The notes beneath the pieces are model-generated. The model searched no databases, was not told where the DNA came from, and was given only the letters and a program-made list of their open reading frames with translations. 64,000 bases of DNA from Mobula hypostoma (lineage: Eukaryota): positions 157,978,001 through 158,042,000 of the forward strand of contig NC_086097.1 in NCBI RefSeq assembly GCF_963921235.1. Direction: 5' to 3'. Shown in pieces: positions 39,341 through 52,310 of this stretch (position 1 is the first letter of the stretch; each line of letters begins with the position of its first letter). The position numbers and the translations under genes were made by a program.

Positions 39341-39569
39341 TGTGGTAAACCATGTATATATGTTGTAACTGGGTTACCTGTCTGGACACACCCCTCTGCT
39401 GACTGCCCCTGTGGCTCCTCCCACAGAGTCCTGTGTAAAGGTGTTCACCTTGCCCCTCCCCCTCAGTCCGAGGGCAGACACTCACTGTGGAGGTCGTATT
39501 GTACAGCGAATAAAAGCCTTTCAGTATTTTACCAAACCTCAGTCTTTTGGAGTAATTGAAGGTGCTTCA
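39341..39569 (+). repeat. 3' LTR of copy B
   Basis: Follows the PPT AAAAAAAAGGAGGGGTGAA and is followed by the TSD TCTAC. Confidence 0.97.
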
Positions 39570-40299
39570 TCTACACTGGGATCATTTCTTTGCATTTCAC
39601 TCCTGGCTTCCCTAATGTACCACAAAATATCCCACTATGACTTCCCCATCTATAATATACAACAATGGAGCTCCTGCACATCCTTATCCACACGCCTCTT
39701 CGTTGGTGACAGTACCCTCAGTCATCAATTTAGCTTTCAATGGAATGGTACAATAACCTCGTCCTACCTCTGCCACATCTTTTGCTGGATGTTGGCCAAG
39801 CAGTGCAATTTAAAGTCACAAGTTTGTATGATGACTATGCAGAATCATTGAAGCCATTGTCTTCACTCATTTTCCCTGCTTTCCATCACCAAACATGAAG
39901 ACATGGATCCACTTGTCATGTTTTACACCATTCATTCAGACATAACTAAATGTTTGTGTGTTGCTAGACCTTGGCTCAGATCTGGCTCCTAGCTCCTCGA
40001 TAATAGAAAATAAATTCTTATATAGCACCTTCCACTTTTCGCACTGCACCAGCCCACACAGCAAACTGTTTTAACATTTTTTTTAATCTTATGGAAGATA
40101 GTCCAATATTCTCTTTACTAATCCAGTAAATCAGTGACACTGGATTGTTCAGAACTCATCCTGCTTCACATAATCTTGCTCAGCAAGGTCTGGGTATAGC
40201 TTCATTATACACTTTGTACTCATGCACCCCCTGAATCATTTACCATCCATCCCAACCATTAATTTCCACCCCTTCAGCTGCACCCTCTGATAATCTGTT

Positions 40300-40910
40300 C
40301 CTGCAGGTTCCTGGGCAACAACATTTCTAACTTGGGCCCAACAGATAGATGTATCACAAAGGCCCACCAGCAGCCCTACTTCATTTGGTGTTTGAGGATA
40401 TTCATCTTGAATCTCCAGAGAGAATGCCAAAGAATCTTTCTAATTTCTATAGATGTACCATGCAGAGCACTTTAACTGGTTGTGTCATTGCCTGGTATGG
40501 AGGCTCCAATACATAGGATCCCAAGAGGCAGCAGAGGATTGTAGACTCTGTTGGCTCCATCATGGGCCCAGCCCTTCCTACTACTGAGGACATCTTCAAG
40601 GTATCATACATCAAGAAAGCAGCATCCATCCCAAAGAACCTCATCATCTGAGACATGCCCTCTTCTTATTGCTATCATCTGGGAGGAGGTACAGGAGCCC
40701 AAAGGCCCAAACTCAATGATACCAAAACAGCTTCTTCCTCTCCCTCAGATTTCTGAAAGGTCCATGAACCCATGAATACTACCTAGTTATTCCTCCTTTG
40801 CACTATTTATTGATTTTCTAATTTACAGTAATTTTATAATTTTGCATTTTACTACTTCCATGAAACAACAAATTCCATGTCATATAAGTCAATGATGAGA
40901 AACTTGATTC
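40300..40910 (+). mobile_element. Rex1/Babar-like LINE 3' fragment, decayed
   Basis: FYRCTMQSTLTGCVIAWYG-like translation near 40445-40500, followed by an AT-rich 3' UTR. Confidence 0.7.
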
Positions 40911-42406
40911 ACTTCATCCCACTATTGGTAGCATGCTTATTGACATTTAAGTCCCATACTCTGATTCTTATTTTCAAATAAAGCATTCTATCTCTCCTTA
41001 CTATTTTATAATATATGCTTTGGTATCACCCCTATACCTTCCCTCCCTTAAATAAGGCCTTACTTTAAATTAACTTTCCACTGTAAGTGTAAGCTTTGGG
41101 GACACCTTTCTCATATTTTGGTTTGGCATCAACTTCTGTTTGATCATCTCACCTTAGAGCATTGGAGAATTCTCAAAGTAGCAAGTAAATGTGGCTTTCT
41201 ATACAAACACTTGCAAAATCATGCTTGAATCTAAGCCATTTGATTAAAATGGTCCTATATACAAGAGTCCTTCAATGGCCTTCAGACCTCTATAAAGACC
41301 AGCCTCTCTACTAAAAGTCCTCAAAGGCAAAGTTTCTACTTCAATCCTACATCCAGAACTGTTTTATAAAATGATTGAAATTTTGCAGCGGATTTTCAGC
41401 TGACAATTATCATCGTAGCAATGAATACCATAAGTCTTTCAACTTTTTAGGTTAGACCTTTTTTCTTTGCTATCCAGAAGGCCTGGATTTATTGCTTGTC
41501 CTAACTTAGGAGAAGCAAGAAAAGGTGCATGCTAAGCTTGCATTAGATGCTGAAAACTAATTTACACACCAATATCATCCTTGAACTGAATAATTTGTTT
41601 GGCAATATAAGAATCAACCACATTGGTGGTGTTGGGATAGCATACTGTGTAAAATTGGCACAGTTCCTTCCATGGGAATAATTTTTAAACTATTTTTTTA
41701 AAAACAATCCAATGGTCATCATTACTAAGGACTAGTTTTCTTTGTATGTTAGGTTATTAATTGAGTTTATGTTTCACAACTGCCATGGTGGGATTTGAAT
41801 TTGAATCTCTGCATTGTTAGCCTAAACCTTTATTTGACTCAGCATGACAGAGTCATAGATCACGACAGCACAGAAACACGCACTTAAGCCCATCTAGTCT
41901 ATTGTGCTAAGTCCTATTAACCTGCATATGGACTATAGCCCTCCATACCTCTCCCATCTATGTACTTATCCAAACTTTTCTTCAATTTTGCAATCAAACC
42001 CACTTTCACTGGCAGCCCGTTCCACATTTGCACAAACCTCTAGTAAAGTACCCCTCCCCCCCCACCCCCACCCCCACAAGGTTCCCCTTGAATACTTCTC
42101 CTTTAGCTACTGTCACACCATTGTATCTGGTCGTAGCAAAACAAACTGAATCTTTGGATCACTATTAAAATTAAATAAAGATTAATTCAATTGGATTTTG
42201 TTGAATTTATGTAAAATCGATTGGCCTCTCAGTAGTAGATGACTGAATAATCGATCGTCAATGTATAGTCTTACTGAATTCAACAATGCAGTGCAGCCTC
42301 AGTACTGCACTGGAGTATCAACCTAACTATTGTCTTTTGAACACATCATCATCCTTCTTATTCTCTGCATGGATATCCAGACTGAACCAGGGCTGTCAGG
42401 CCATTG

Positions 42407-43153
42407 TCAGTTAGATTAGCTGCCAAAATATTGACATGTAAATCTAATTTAACTTTTAACTACTGATGCTGTCCAATACAAATTAGCATGGAAAATTTGT
42501 ATTAGCATACAAATCAGACAATGCCCCCACCACCCATTGTGCATAGACACCATGAACAATCTCTAAGTATAATGGATGGGCAAAATTCTTGATGCTACTT
42601 TATATCTAATCATTGTATTTTATAACAGGGGCAAGTGCAACACTTGAACAGGGCAGCCACCGTTTCTCTTAATTTTAGAGATGTTTGCTTTTAATTCATC
42701 TGTAACTTAGATGTCATTCCAAATAACTCAGACATTATTTTAAATTTAGTCATTGTGTTTTTAGTAATTGAATTGCCAGTATGCTGTTTTGCCCTGAATA
42801 GAGTAACACTCCAATCTCATTGCCCTCAGCAGTGACAATAACACTCTAACTAACCAAGTAACTAACTGACTTGTGGGACCAAACTAGAAACTATTTGAGA
42901 TCCACTGCAACCAAGATACTCTCAATGAGAAGGGCTCAGCCTGCAGCAATATGTGGATGGACTGTTGTGCAGAGATGACAGGCTTCTTGTTAACGATTCT
43001 ACACAAGACTTACAAAAGTCATTGATCCTGAAACACAGTGGTTGCCCTTTAAATTAATATACAAAGGTCCATGCTAATTTGTATTGGACAGCATCAGTAG
43101 TTAAAAGTTAAATTAGATTTACATGCCAATATTTTGGCAGCTAATCTAACTGA
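42407..43153. repeat. 86-bp inverted repeat pair (42407-42492 / 43068-43153) with a 575-bp spacer
   Basis: The arms are reverse complements with a single mismatch. Confidence 0.95.
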
Positions 43154-44264
43154 ACAACATTTCCAGATTCAGATTGCAGTTAGCACTAAAAACAATAACT
43201 TCAGTGATGAAAGGATAAACATTTCTAGTCATACTCTTGTTCCTCGATCTGTGGATGTCCTAAAGCACTTTACAGCAGAGATCACACTTCAAAAGCACTT
43301 TATTGATTGTAATTTAGGAAATGTAGCAACATTAGACTCAATTAGCTTCCACATATAGACGTGATAATAACCAGGTTAGCTCATTTAGCAATGTGAGTTG
43401 GAAGTATTGGATACTGAGTTAACTCCCACCTCTTCCTTGAAATAGTGCCCTAGAATATTTTACATCTAGCTGGCTTACCATCTCATTAGAAAATCTGTAA
43501 TTTCAGATCTGCCATCAGATTTCTGAACAGTCTATGAAGTCATGAGCACAACCTCCTTATTCATCTTTTGTGCAGTTTATTTATTTTCATTTACTTAGTT
43601 TTTTTATGTTTTGCACTGTACTCTTACCACAAAACAACAAATATCACCACTTTTGTAAGTGGTGATAAACCTGATTTTAATTCTGATTCTGCTTTAATAA
43701 TGCTGTACTCTCTCAGTACTGTACTGGAATATTAGATAATGTTTCAAAGCTCACATCCTTAGAATGGGATTTGACTCCAAATATTTCAAAACTCATTGGC
43801 AAAAGAGGCATGTTTGGTTTCCTGTTTGCAGATTGCACATAGTCCATGGAATCATATGTTTTTAAAGTAGTAGAGAATCTTTTTTCAAATGTAAACATCA
43901 AGAACTCTCAAAATATCTATTTATTTGTCATAATTTTAGCAAAGTTCAAAGTACATTTATTATCAAAGTACATATACGTTATACAACCTTGAGATTCATC
44001 TTCTTTCAGGCAGCCATAAAACAAGAAACCAAAAAGAACCTATTAAAAAAAAGACTGACAATCACCCAGTGTACAGGAAGTATGAGGTTAGAAACAGATC
44101 CAAGTGTGATAATAGAAAAGTCCCAATGCACACATCTAAAAACTGCACCCAGATATCTCTCAAATTGGCTGAGTAATGACATTACTAATATACAACATAA
44201 GCACAATAATGTGATTTAAGTTAAAACAGTATGGGTAATTCATTACTGCAGGACAAAATGGGAA

Positions 44265-46300
44265 TCACGTCAAGTCATTTAATTATATACATGTAGACCA
44301 CTAAACAAGACAACATTTCTTTAGAGCAAGGTGTAAAGCACAGAAGTACACATTACACACAAATGACACAATACATTAGGAAAGTAAGAATTAAATCTAC
44401 AAATGAATTACATATAAATAAAGAAAAGTGTATAAATTAAATATTATAGGTACAAGTTATCTGGTGACATTTCGAATGAGATGGGGCAGAGAGTTCAGAA
44501 GCCTAATTGCCTGATGGAAGACGCTGTTTCCCATCTAGACCAGTCTTATCTTCATGCATCATAGGAAGTCAAAGAGGATGCTGGATGGATGGATGGAATC
44601 CTTGATAATACTAATGGCCCTACATAGGGATGGAGACCCCTATAATCCTCTCAGCTGTTCTCACAATCCAAAGGATTTCCAGTCCATGCTCAGTTGTTCC
44701 CATACCAGATGGAAATACAGCTTGTCAGAATGCTTTCAATGGTGCTCCTGTAAAATTCAGTTAAGATGGTGGGTAGGGAGCCTCACTTGCTTCAATCTCT
44801 TCAGGAAGTAGAGGTGCTGCTGTGCCTTCTTATTCAGGGAGATGATATTGAGGTCATCTCTGATATGAATTCCCAGGAACAGTGCACTTAGATTTCAGAG
44901 GAGCAATGTATGCGCAGAGGGGGATGGTTCATCTGCCCACCTTCCTAAAATCCACAATGGTTTCCTTGGTTTTCACCACATTCAGGCTTAGGTTGTTGTT
45001 CTCACACCAGTCCACCAGCCACTCGCCTTCCTCTTTATACTTCAACTCATCATCGCTGTTGATGAGGCCAACCACTGTTGTGTCATCCACAAACCTGATT
45101 GCTCTGTTTAAACTGAATCATGAACACAGTCATGCGTCAGTCATGTGATCAGCAGTGGGCTGAGCACACAGCAGTGGGGAGTGCCACTGCTCATTGTAAT
45201 GGGACGAGAGACATTGCTGCCCACACCAACTGACTGTGACCTTTCTGTTAAGAAGTCCAGGATCCAGTTACAGAGGTAGGCTTTGAGATCCAGCAAGATC
45301 AGTTTCCCCACCAATTTCTGGGGTATGATGGTTGTAAATGCCAAATTGAAGTCTATAAAGGGCAGCCTGGCATATGAGACCCCTATAATCCTCTCAGCTG
45401 TTCTCACAGTCCTTAGTAGGGATTTCCAGTCTGATGCTCAGCTGGGACTGGACAGAGAGGAGGGCAGAGGCTATGGCATCGTCAATGGATTGTTTCAAAT
45501 GATAAACAAACTGGAAAGGGTCCAATGTAGCTGGGAGAAAGGCTTTAATGTGCTCCATGACCAGCTGCTTAAAACATTTCATAATGGTCAATGTTGATGC
45601 CACTGGACGGTAGTAATTTAGGCAGCTTACTATGACCTTCTTTGGCACTGGAATAATGGGTGTCACCTTGAAAATCAAAGTGTCAATGGACTGTACCAGA
45701 GAGAGATGAGATGTTGGATATATCCATCAGCACCTCAGTTAGCTGGGCTGCACAGTCTTTCAGAACCAGACCTGGTATGTTATCGGGCCCCACAGCTTTG
45801 CGTGGGTTGACCCTGGCCAGGGTCTTCCTCACCTCAGCTTCAGCCAGACTGAGTGTTTGCTCCCCTGGGGGAGGGGTGCCTTCCTCGCCAGTGCTTTGTT
45901 CTGTACATCAAGCCAGGCATAAACGACACTCAGCCTATCTGAGAGTGAGGTGCCTGCTCACTGACACACAGGGTAGATGTGTAGTCTGTAATCCTCCGAA
46001 TTCCCTGCCGCCTGTACCTTGTGTCTCTAGTATCGCAGAAGTAGTTGTATATTCTCTGAGAAAGCTCCCGTTTTGACTTGCTGATGGAGCAGGCAAGCAC
46101 AGTTCTTGCTTCCTTGAGAGCTGTCACATCCCCCAATCTAAAGGCAGCAGTATGATTCCTCAGCCATAAATTCTGCAGTAAGCCATTCTGATTTGCCCTT
46201 AAATGTATATGTTTCATATTAGTAACATTCTCAGTACACTTCACTATGTAGCTGGTCACAGAATCCACATATTTCTCAGTGTTAACGTGGAATGATGGCA
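44265..46300 (-). mobile_element. Rex1/Babar-like LINE, decayed RT
   Basis: IIPVPKK...YRPVAST..IMKCF, FIDFNLAFTTIIP...CNWILDFL, GTPHCCVLSPLL and RFVDDTTVVG motifs. Confidence 0.85.
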
Positions 46301-46791
46301 TAGATGTTGGTACTCATTTATTATTGTCTCAAGCGCAAAGATACAATGAAAAGCTTTTGGTTCACATGCTATTGAGACAGATCACACCATACATTAATAA
46401 ATTGTCCTTGCAAAAAAAGACTGAACATGGAACAGAGTATTTGCAGTAACAGAGCAAGCGTGAACAAAACAGGTCAACAAGGGACATGATAAGGTAGATT
46501 AGGAGATCAGAGTTTAAGAGTTCATCGTTTAGCATATGAGAGGTCTTTTGATAACAGTGAATCAGCAACTCTTGAGTATGGTGGTACGTGTTTCCAAGCT
46601 TTTGTATCTTCTGGCTGATGAGAGAGGGAGAAGAGAGAATGACCAGGATGGAGAAGACGCAAACACGAGGAATCCTGCAGATGCTGGAAATTCAAGCAAC
46701 TCACATTAAAGTTGCTGGTGAACGCAGCAGGCCAGGCAGCATCTCTAGGAAGAGGTACAGTCGATGTTTCGGGCCGAGAACCTTCGTCAGA

Positions 46792-47327
46792 ACATCTGTT
46801 CTTTAACATCTGCTGGATGATGCTGAGGATGTTCTACGAGTCTGTGGTGGCCAGTGCTATCATGTTTGCTGTTGTGTGCTGGGGCAGCAGGCTGAGGGTA
46901 GCAGACACCAACAGAATCAACAAACTCATTCGTAAGGCCAGTGATGTGGGGATGGAACCGGACTCTCTCACGGTGGTATCTGAAAATAGGATGCTGTCCA
47001 AGTTGCATGCCATCTTGGTCAATGTCTCCCATCCACTACATAATGGACTGGTTGGGCACAGGAGTACATTCAGCCAGAGACTCATTCCACCGAGATGCAA
47101 CACAGAGCGTCATAGGAAGTCATTCCTGCCTGTGGCCATCAAACTTTACAACTCCTCCCTTGGATGGTTAGACACCCTGAGCCAATAGGCTGGTCCTGGT
47201 CTTATTTCATGGCATAATTTACATATTACTATTTTAACTATTTATGGTTTTATTACTAATTATTATTTATGGTGCAAATGTAACGAAAACAAATTTCCCC
47301 CGGGATCAATAAAGTATGACTATGACT
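46792..47327 (+). mobile_element. Rex1/Babar-like LINE 3' fragment with (TATGAC)n tail
   Basis: MFYESVVASAIMFAVVCWG...RKSFLPVAIKLYN and AATAAAGTATGACTATGACT. A close sibling lies at 56040-56400. Confidence 0.85.
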
Positions 47328-48472
47328 AACTTTGATGTGTGTTGCTTGAATTTTCAGCATCTGCAGAATTCTTCATGTTTGTGTTTTTAAATTCACTACT
47401 GCGAAGCCTCTTCCGGTGATGCCTACACTGAAGAAGTTTAAATCTTCTCTTCGACGGAGTTCAGTGAAACCATCTCTCACTGCTCCCCATCTGTAATTTC
47501 TTCGGCTCTTCAACTTTTCGACCACATTTTGACTCAGAACTCGCTATCACAGCCATATATCCTTCCTTGGAATGTGCCTCTGTTGCCAACTTACTCCAGT
47601 TGGCTTTAGGATTCATTTTCGAGCCTCTCAATTTGGACCCTCTGAGGCTCCCAGGTACTCACATTTTATTGACTCTGCCTCTCGCCGCTTCTTCCGTCAA
47701 GCTGTGAAGGCGACCCTCTCTGCCAGGAGGAGGTATTTGGTGTCCCTATCCCAGACCCTACCACACCTTTGGGACACTTTCTTCACCGTCTGTAATGGTC
47801 CTACCCGTTATTTCATCCTCCGTCAGTTCCATGCCTGCAATCAGAGATTTTTTTTGACTTTTTCATGTTAGGCAAAGATCACAAAATCTTACATCTGCAG
47901 ACCCCAGAGCCTGCTGGCCCTGACGCTCACAGGCATGAACTTCAGATTGCGGCTCCTGCCATTGATCTCGCCGGCTCCAACACCTCAGGGCATATTCAAA
48001 ACCCGGACTCCAGCAACGACCATGGACATCTTCAAAGCGATTGCACAACCACCAGCTGCGACTCCAGCCTTGAACTCCAGGCCGTGTCTTTATGTGCTGC
48101 TACTGTGACTCCCGTCTCCCCTTCCCCCACCACCACTCTGCAACCCCGTCTCCCTCAGATCCCACCGTCAGCTCCTGGGCCCTCAGAGGCTTCATCTTCC
48201 TCTCACCCCAAACATCCCCTCTCCACTGACACCCCCAGCCTCCCCCCTCCCCTCTCTGATCCCAGCTCTCATCCGTGCCGGATCTTTACCATCCCCTCCA
48301 ACCTTCAACTGTCTGAGGCAGAATGCTCTGTACTCAGTAAGGGCCTCACCTTTGTTCCCCTTCGCCCACACCTCAGCGAGCTCCGTGTTCGCCATGACGT
48401 GGAACTCTTCTTCCGCCGTCTGTCTCCAAGCCTACTTCTTCGGCAAGGACTCTTCCACCCCCACCGATGACC

Positions 48473-48510
48473 CAGTCCTGACGAAGGGTCTCGACCCGAA
48501 ACGTCGACTG
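48473..48510 (+). ncRNA. Minimal type I hammerhead ribozyme motif in a Penelope terminal repeat
   Basis: CAGTC-CTGACGA-A-GGGTC TC GACCC-GAA-ACGT-C-GACTG: helix I CAGTC/GACTG, CUGANGA core, helix II, GAAA, palindromic ACGT helix III and a GUC cleavage triplet. Confidence 0.75.
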
Positions 48511-48754
48511 TCCCTCTTCCTAGAGATGCTGCCTGGCCTGCTGCATTCACCAGCAACTTTGATGTGTGCTGTTAGGATGGAGAAGACCTTGATTATGTTG
48601 GTCTCTTTCCCAAAGCAGCAAGAACTGCAAACAGAGACAATGAAGAGAAGCTGATTTGTGTGATGGTCTAGGTGTAATGACCTTCAGACGACTGGACCCA
48701 GGTGCAGAGTAAACTCCAGACTCAATAGAAATTAATGATGAATATTTATTCAGA

Positions 48755-49340
48755 GAATGTTTGGTATCCGTCTGTCTTGAAGGACAATGGGTGATGATAA
48801 TCATCAAAAGTCTGGGCAGAAGACATGGAGATCCTGAGATTCCCTGTCGTCAAGATCCCCTCTCAGCCTCACCTGTGTAGTCCAAAGGAAGCAATACACT
48901 TGCCACCAGCTTGGCTGCAGGAGCTGCCGGAAGGATGTTCAATAATGCCCAGCAGCCTTAGGGACTCCACTTCAGATTTGCTGTCTGGCTTTACTCCCAA
49001 AGCCTTCATCTCTCCCAAGGCTGCCTCCAAGGCAGAGAGGCTATTGACCCATAGCTGGGGATCTGGTTCACCAGCACCAGGGCGTGTCCGCACAACGGTG
49101 GGCCTGTGTGATACATGTGAGTGGCCAGACCTCCTTCCCATCCTCCGCGGTTCCGCCTGAGTTTGAAAGGAGTTCAGTTTCTGTGTGTCACCGGCAAGAG
49201 GGTACTGCATGAGCCTTACTGTTGGAGTGGCTGTGTACTGGCAGGGAGAGACTTACACATTCAGCTCTGCTTTTTGCAAGACAGCTAGGCAGTGGTGGAA
49301 GCTGAAAGTTAGAGTGACAAGCACTACCAACTACACGACC
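48755..49340 (-). mobile_element. Probable non-autonomous RTE-related retroposon
   Basis: GC-rich block that resembles RTE-type 5' UTR-derived repeats from memory. No recognisable protein. Confidence 0.35.
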
Positions 49341-49545
49341 ACGCTAGGTGCATCACAACGACCATTTTGAGAATAATACTTGGAATAATCAAACTTACTC
49401 AGTACTTGAGCACACAGAATGGTAGTTCGCACAGAACTCAAATCCAAGAATCCATGATGAGCACTGCTCCAGAATAACCTTAAACAGAACACAAAACACA
49501 GGAAACCCATGCAGGTCAAAATCAAAGACTAATCACTTAAGAACA

Positions 49546-49768
49546 GGACAAAACACACAAAATGCTGGAGGAACTAAGCAGGCCAGTCAGCATCTATGGA
49601 AATGAATAAACAGTTGACGTTTCAGGATGAGATCTGCAATAGGTCCTGGCCCCAAACGTCAACTGTTTATTCATTTTCACAGATGCTGCCTGACTTGCTG
49701 AGTTCCTCCAACATTTTGTGGGTTTTGGCTTGGATTTCCAGCTACTGCACATTTTCTCATGTTTGTCT
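49546..49768 (+). mobile_element. Fold-back Penelope terminal-repeat-derived short element
   Basis: Inverted arms (GAATAAACAGTTGACGTTT / AAACGTCAACTGTTTATTC) and 10-bp TSD CTTAAGAACA (49536-49545, 49769-49778). Confidence 0.8.
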
Positions 49769-52310
49769 CTTAAGAACAAAAGGCATAAGGAACTGTATTC
49801 ACATAACGAGCAGCACAACAACACAGACACAACTTAATGATCAAACTAGTTATTAGCAATTCTAATAAACTCAAATAAATGACATTCAGGTGCGCCAAGA
49901 TCTGCCACATCCTGGCGACCCTCGCTGGTCCAAAGGGTTCATGACACTGGGGGGCATTCACAACTCAGCAATTTCTTGCGGCATTTGGCAGAGTAGCTGA
50001 CATAGTTAGCTCTGATGTATCCTGATAGGATGCCTTCTCCAGCACAAATGTAACATTGGTACGAGGCTATCACATCCATTTGAACTTGTTAGCATTCTTA
50101 CCTCTCAGTCCCAAGATTTCAAGTTTGTTTCATTCAGGAATAAGACAAAAATGTATAGGTTAGCATTCTAGAGCAATTGCTAATTGCTAATGAAAGGTCT
50201 TAGCCCAAGTCATAGACTATAAATAAATAAATATCGACAAATAACCCTTCTATGCATGGTCCCTGACTTGCTGAGTCCCTCCTGCATTTTGTGTTGGTTG
50301 CTCAAGATTTCAAGTATTTGCCAAATCTTTTGTGCTTATGGTTGCAATGTCTAAGCTCTGCCATTTTGGTGAAATTTTAAACTGAGATCCCATTACTCTA
50401 TCATATTGATGAAAGAAACCAAAAGCACTTCCTCAACGAAGACCAGGACTTTAATTTAATTACTATGCCTCCCTCAACATAATTTGATCATTATCATATT
50501 GCTGCTCATGGGATTTCGTTGTAGTTGTTCTGCTTTCCATGTTGCAACACTCCCCTTCATAAGATAACTCTCATATCAGTTACTTTTCCAATAGTCATGC
50601 TATAAAAAGGAAAGAGTTTAAAAAGGGTCTGGTGACTGGCCAAGGAAAGTCACTCATGTAGCTGTCCTTTGAAAAGCAATGATGAAAGGTCTTTAACCTG
50701 AAATATCCCTCACTCCTTGATTCAACCTGCTAAATGCTTGCAGCATTATATTTTTTTTAAATTTTATTTCAAAATATCCTGCAAATACAGCTTTTTGTTT
50801 TTCATTTCCTATTTAAAATCTTGTCTAATGGCTGGACTCTGACTCTGATGATGATAGGTTATATACCCATTCACATTCCTTAATTCTTGCTGTTTTTGAA
50901 AGTACCTGGTAGTTCAGGTGCCTTGTCAGACACAGGATAACACTCACTGTTTCCAGTAGTAATTCCAGAATCTTAACAGCAGCAGCCAAAGAATGAATAT
51001 ACAGCCTGTACACTCTGTGCAAGCTTCTCTCATCTCACCTTAGTAGAAAATGTAACGATGTGACTATATTATCTTTCTCAATGGGGTGCATGTTAAAGCA
51101 GGTAAAAGATAAAAATACATACAATATTATCATTACACACAAATCAAAGCATAATGGAATCTCATTACACAGAAAGAAGCAATGCAGCTTATGGTGCCTA
51201 TGCTGCTCTGATCTTCTAAAACCACTCCTCTGCACTTTCCCAATCTTCCTGTAATTGCTTTCCCTCCAGGTATAAATAGAATATTCTTTTTGACATCATG
51301 AACAAACTTGCATTCAACACCTTTACAACTCAGTGCAGGATGTCCTCAATGATCCTTGTTCTTCCAATGACCTTACAACTGTACCATTTGAAAAATAATG
51401 CCTTTTTTATATTAATAATTTTCATGAACACATCTATCGAACTTCACCTTAGTTTTCTCTGTTCTAAGTAGTACAGTCTGACTTCTTTGAACCTCATGCC
51501 CAGTGTCATTCTGGCATATCTCTCCAGTACCCTCTCCAAGACTGTAATATCTAAATTTTACTGCCATTAACTGAATATTCCATCTGATGCCAAGACAGTA
51601 ATTTATGAAGGTTTGACATAATTTCCTTATCTATATGACCACAAATTTATGCTAAGTGATGCCTGCTGCTGGACTTTATGACAGCTCCACTGGTTGTAAT
51701 ACATAGGTTTGAGGTGAGCTTGCATACTCCCTATAAGAGAGAAGTGGCATGCCATGATAGGAAGACTCCTACCACATACAATTCTAAGAAGCAAAGCCAA
51801 CAGATGGTATGCAAAATTGACTTCATATCACATAATCAAATTGAAACTGACACAAGAGCAAATGCCCTCTCTAAACTCGGGCACTCAGACACTTGTTCAG
51901 CAGCTGAAAGGGAACCCCACTAAACACTGTTGAAAACAATCATTAATGACGTACAGAACAATTCATGATTCATATCTCATCTGGACCGTTTCCAGATAAA
52001 GCCTCTGCTGAACAAGGAGCCAGTTGCAGATGGAAGGAATCTTGACTTCAAGACTTCAATAATAAATAGCTTTTCCCCCCCCAGAGGTTACCATGATAAG
52101 AAACTGCAGAAGCCCCACTGCCCAGAACAAGTTGTCAGGAGAGCAGAAAGAAGGGCTATAATTGTGGCCTCAGAAAATACATCTCGGTGCTTCTGCTCAA
52201 GCCCAATCTTAGAGCAGAGTCCGGATCTTTTCTGTGATGGTGGTCGAGCTCACTGTGCAAATGATTTTTTTTTTTATAGATAAGATTAGCTTATTTGTCA
52301 CATGTACATC

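Larger units (their letters stand above)
35152..39569 (+). mobile_element. Full-length Ty3/Gypsy LTR retrotransposon, copy B (4418 bp)
   Basis: Two 229-bp TG...CA LTRs, 5-bp TSD TCTAC (35147-35151, 39570-39574), PPT at 39322-39340, and gag-PR-RT-RH-IN order. Confidence 0.98.
46659..48573. mobile_element. Composite Penelope-like insertion: inverted terminal repeat, LINE fragment, Penelope 5' ORF, terminal repeat
   Basis: 14-bp TSD AGGATGGAGAAGAC (46645-46658, 48574-48587). Inverted arms at ~46700-46790 and ~48478-48568. ORF 47865-48470 contains LSEAECSVLSKGLTFVP...FFRRL, typical of the Penelope N-terminus. Confidence 0.8.

Noticed and set aside
39044..39851. Extra ORFs after integrase (possible env)
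   Set aside because: They run through the LTR and flank, lack envelope features, and only ~70 bp separate the pol stop from the LTR.
50825..51235. Minus-strand ORFs next to splice-like signals
   Set aside because: The translations match no protein I recognise and the splice interpretation is ambiguous.
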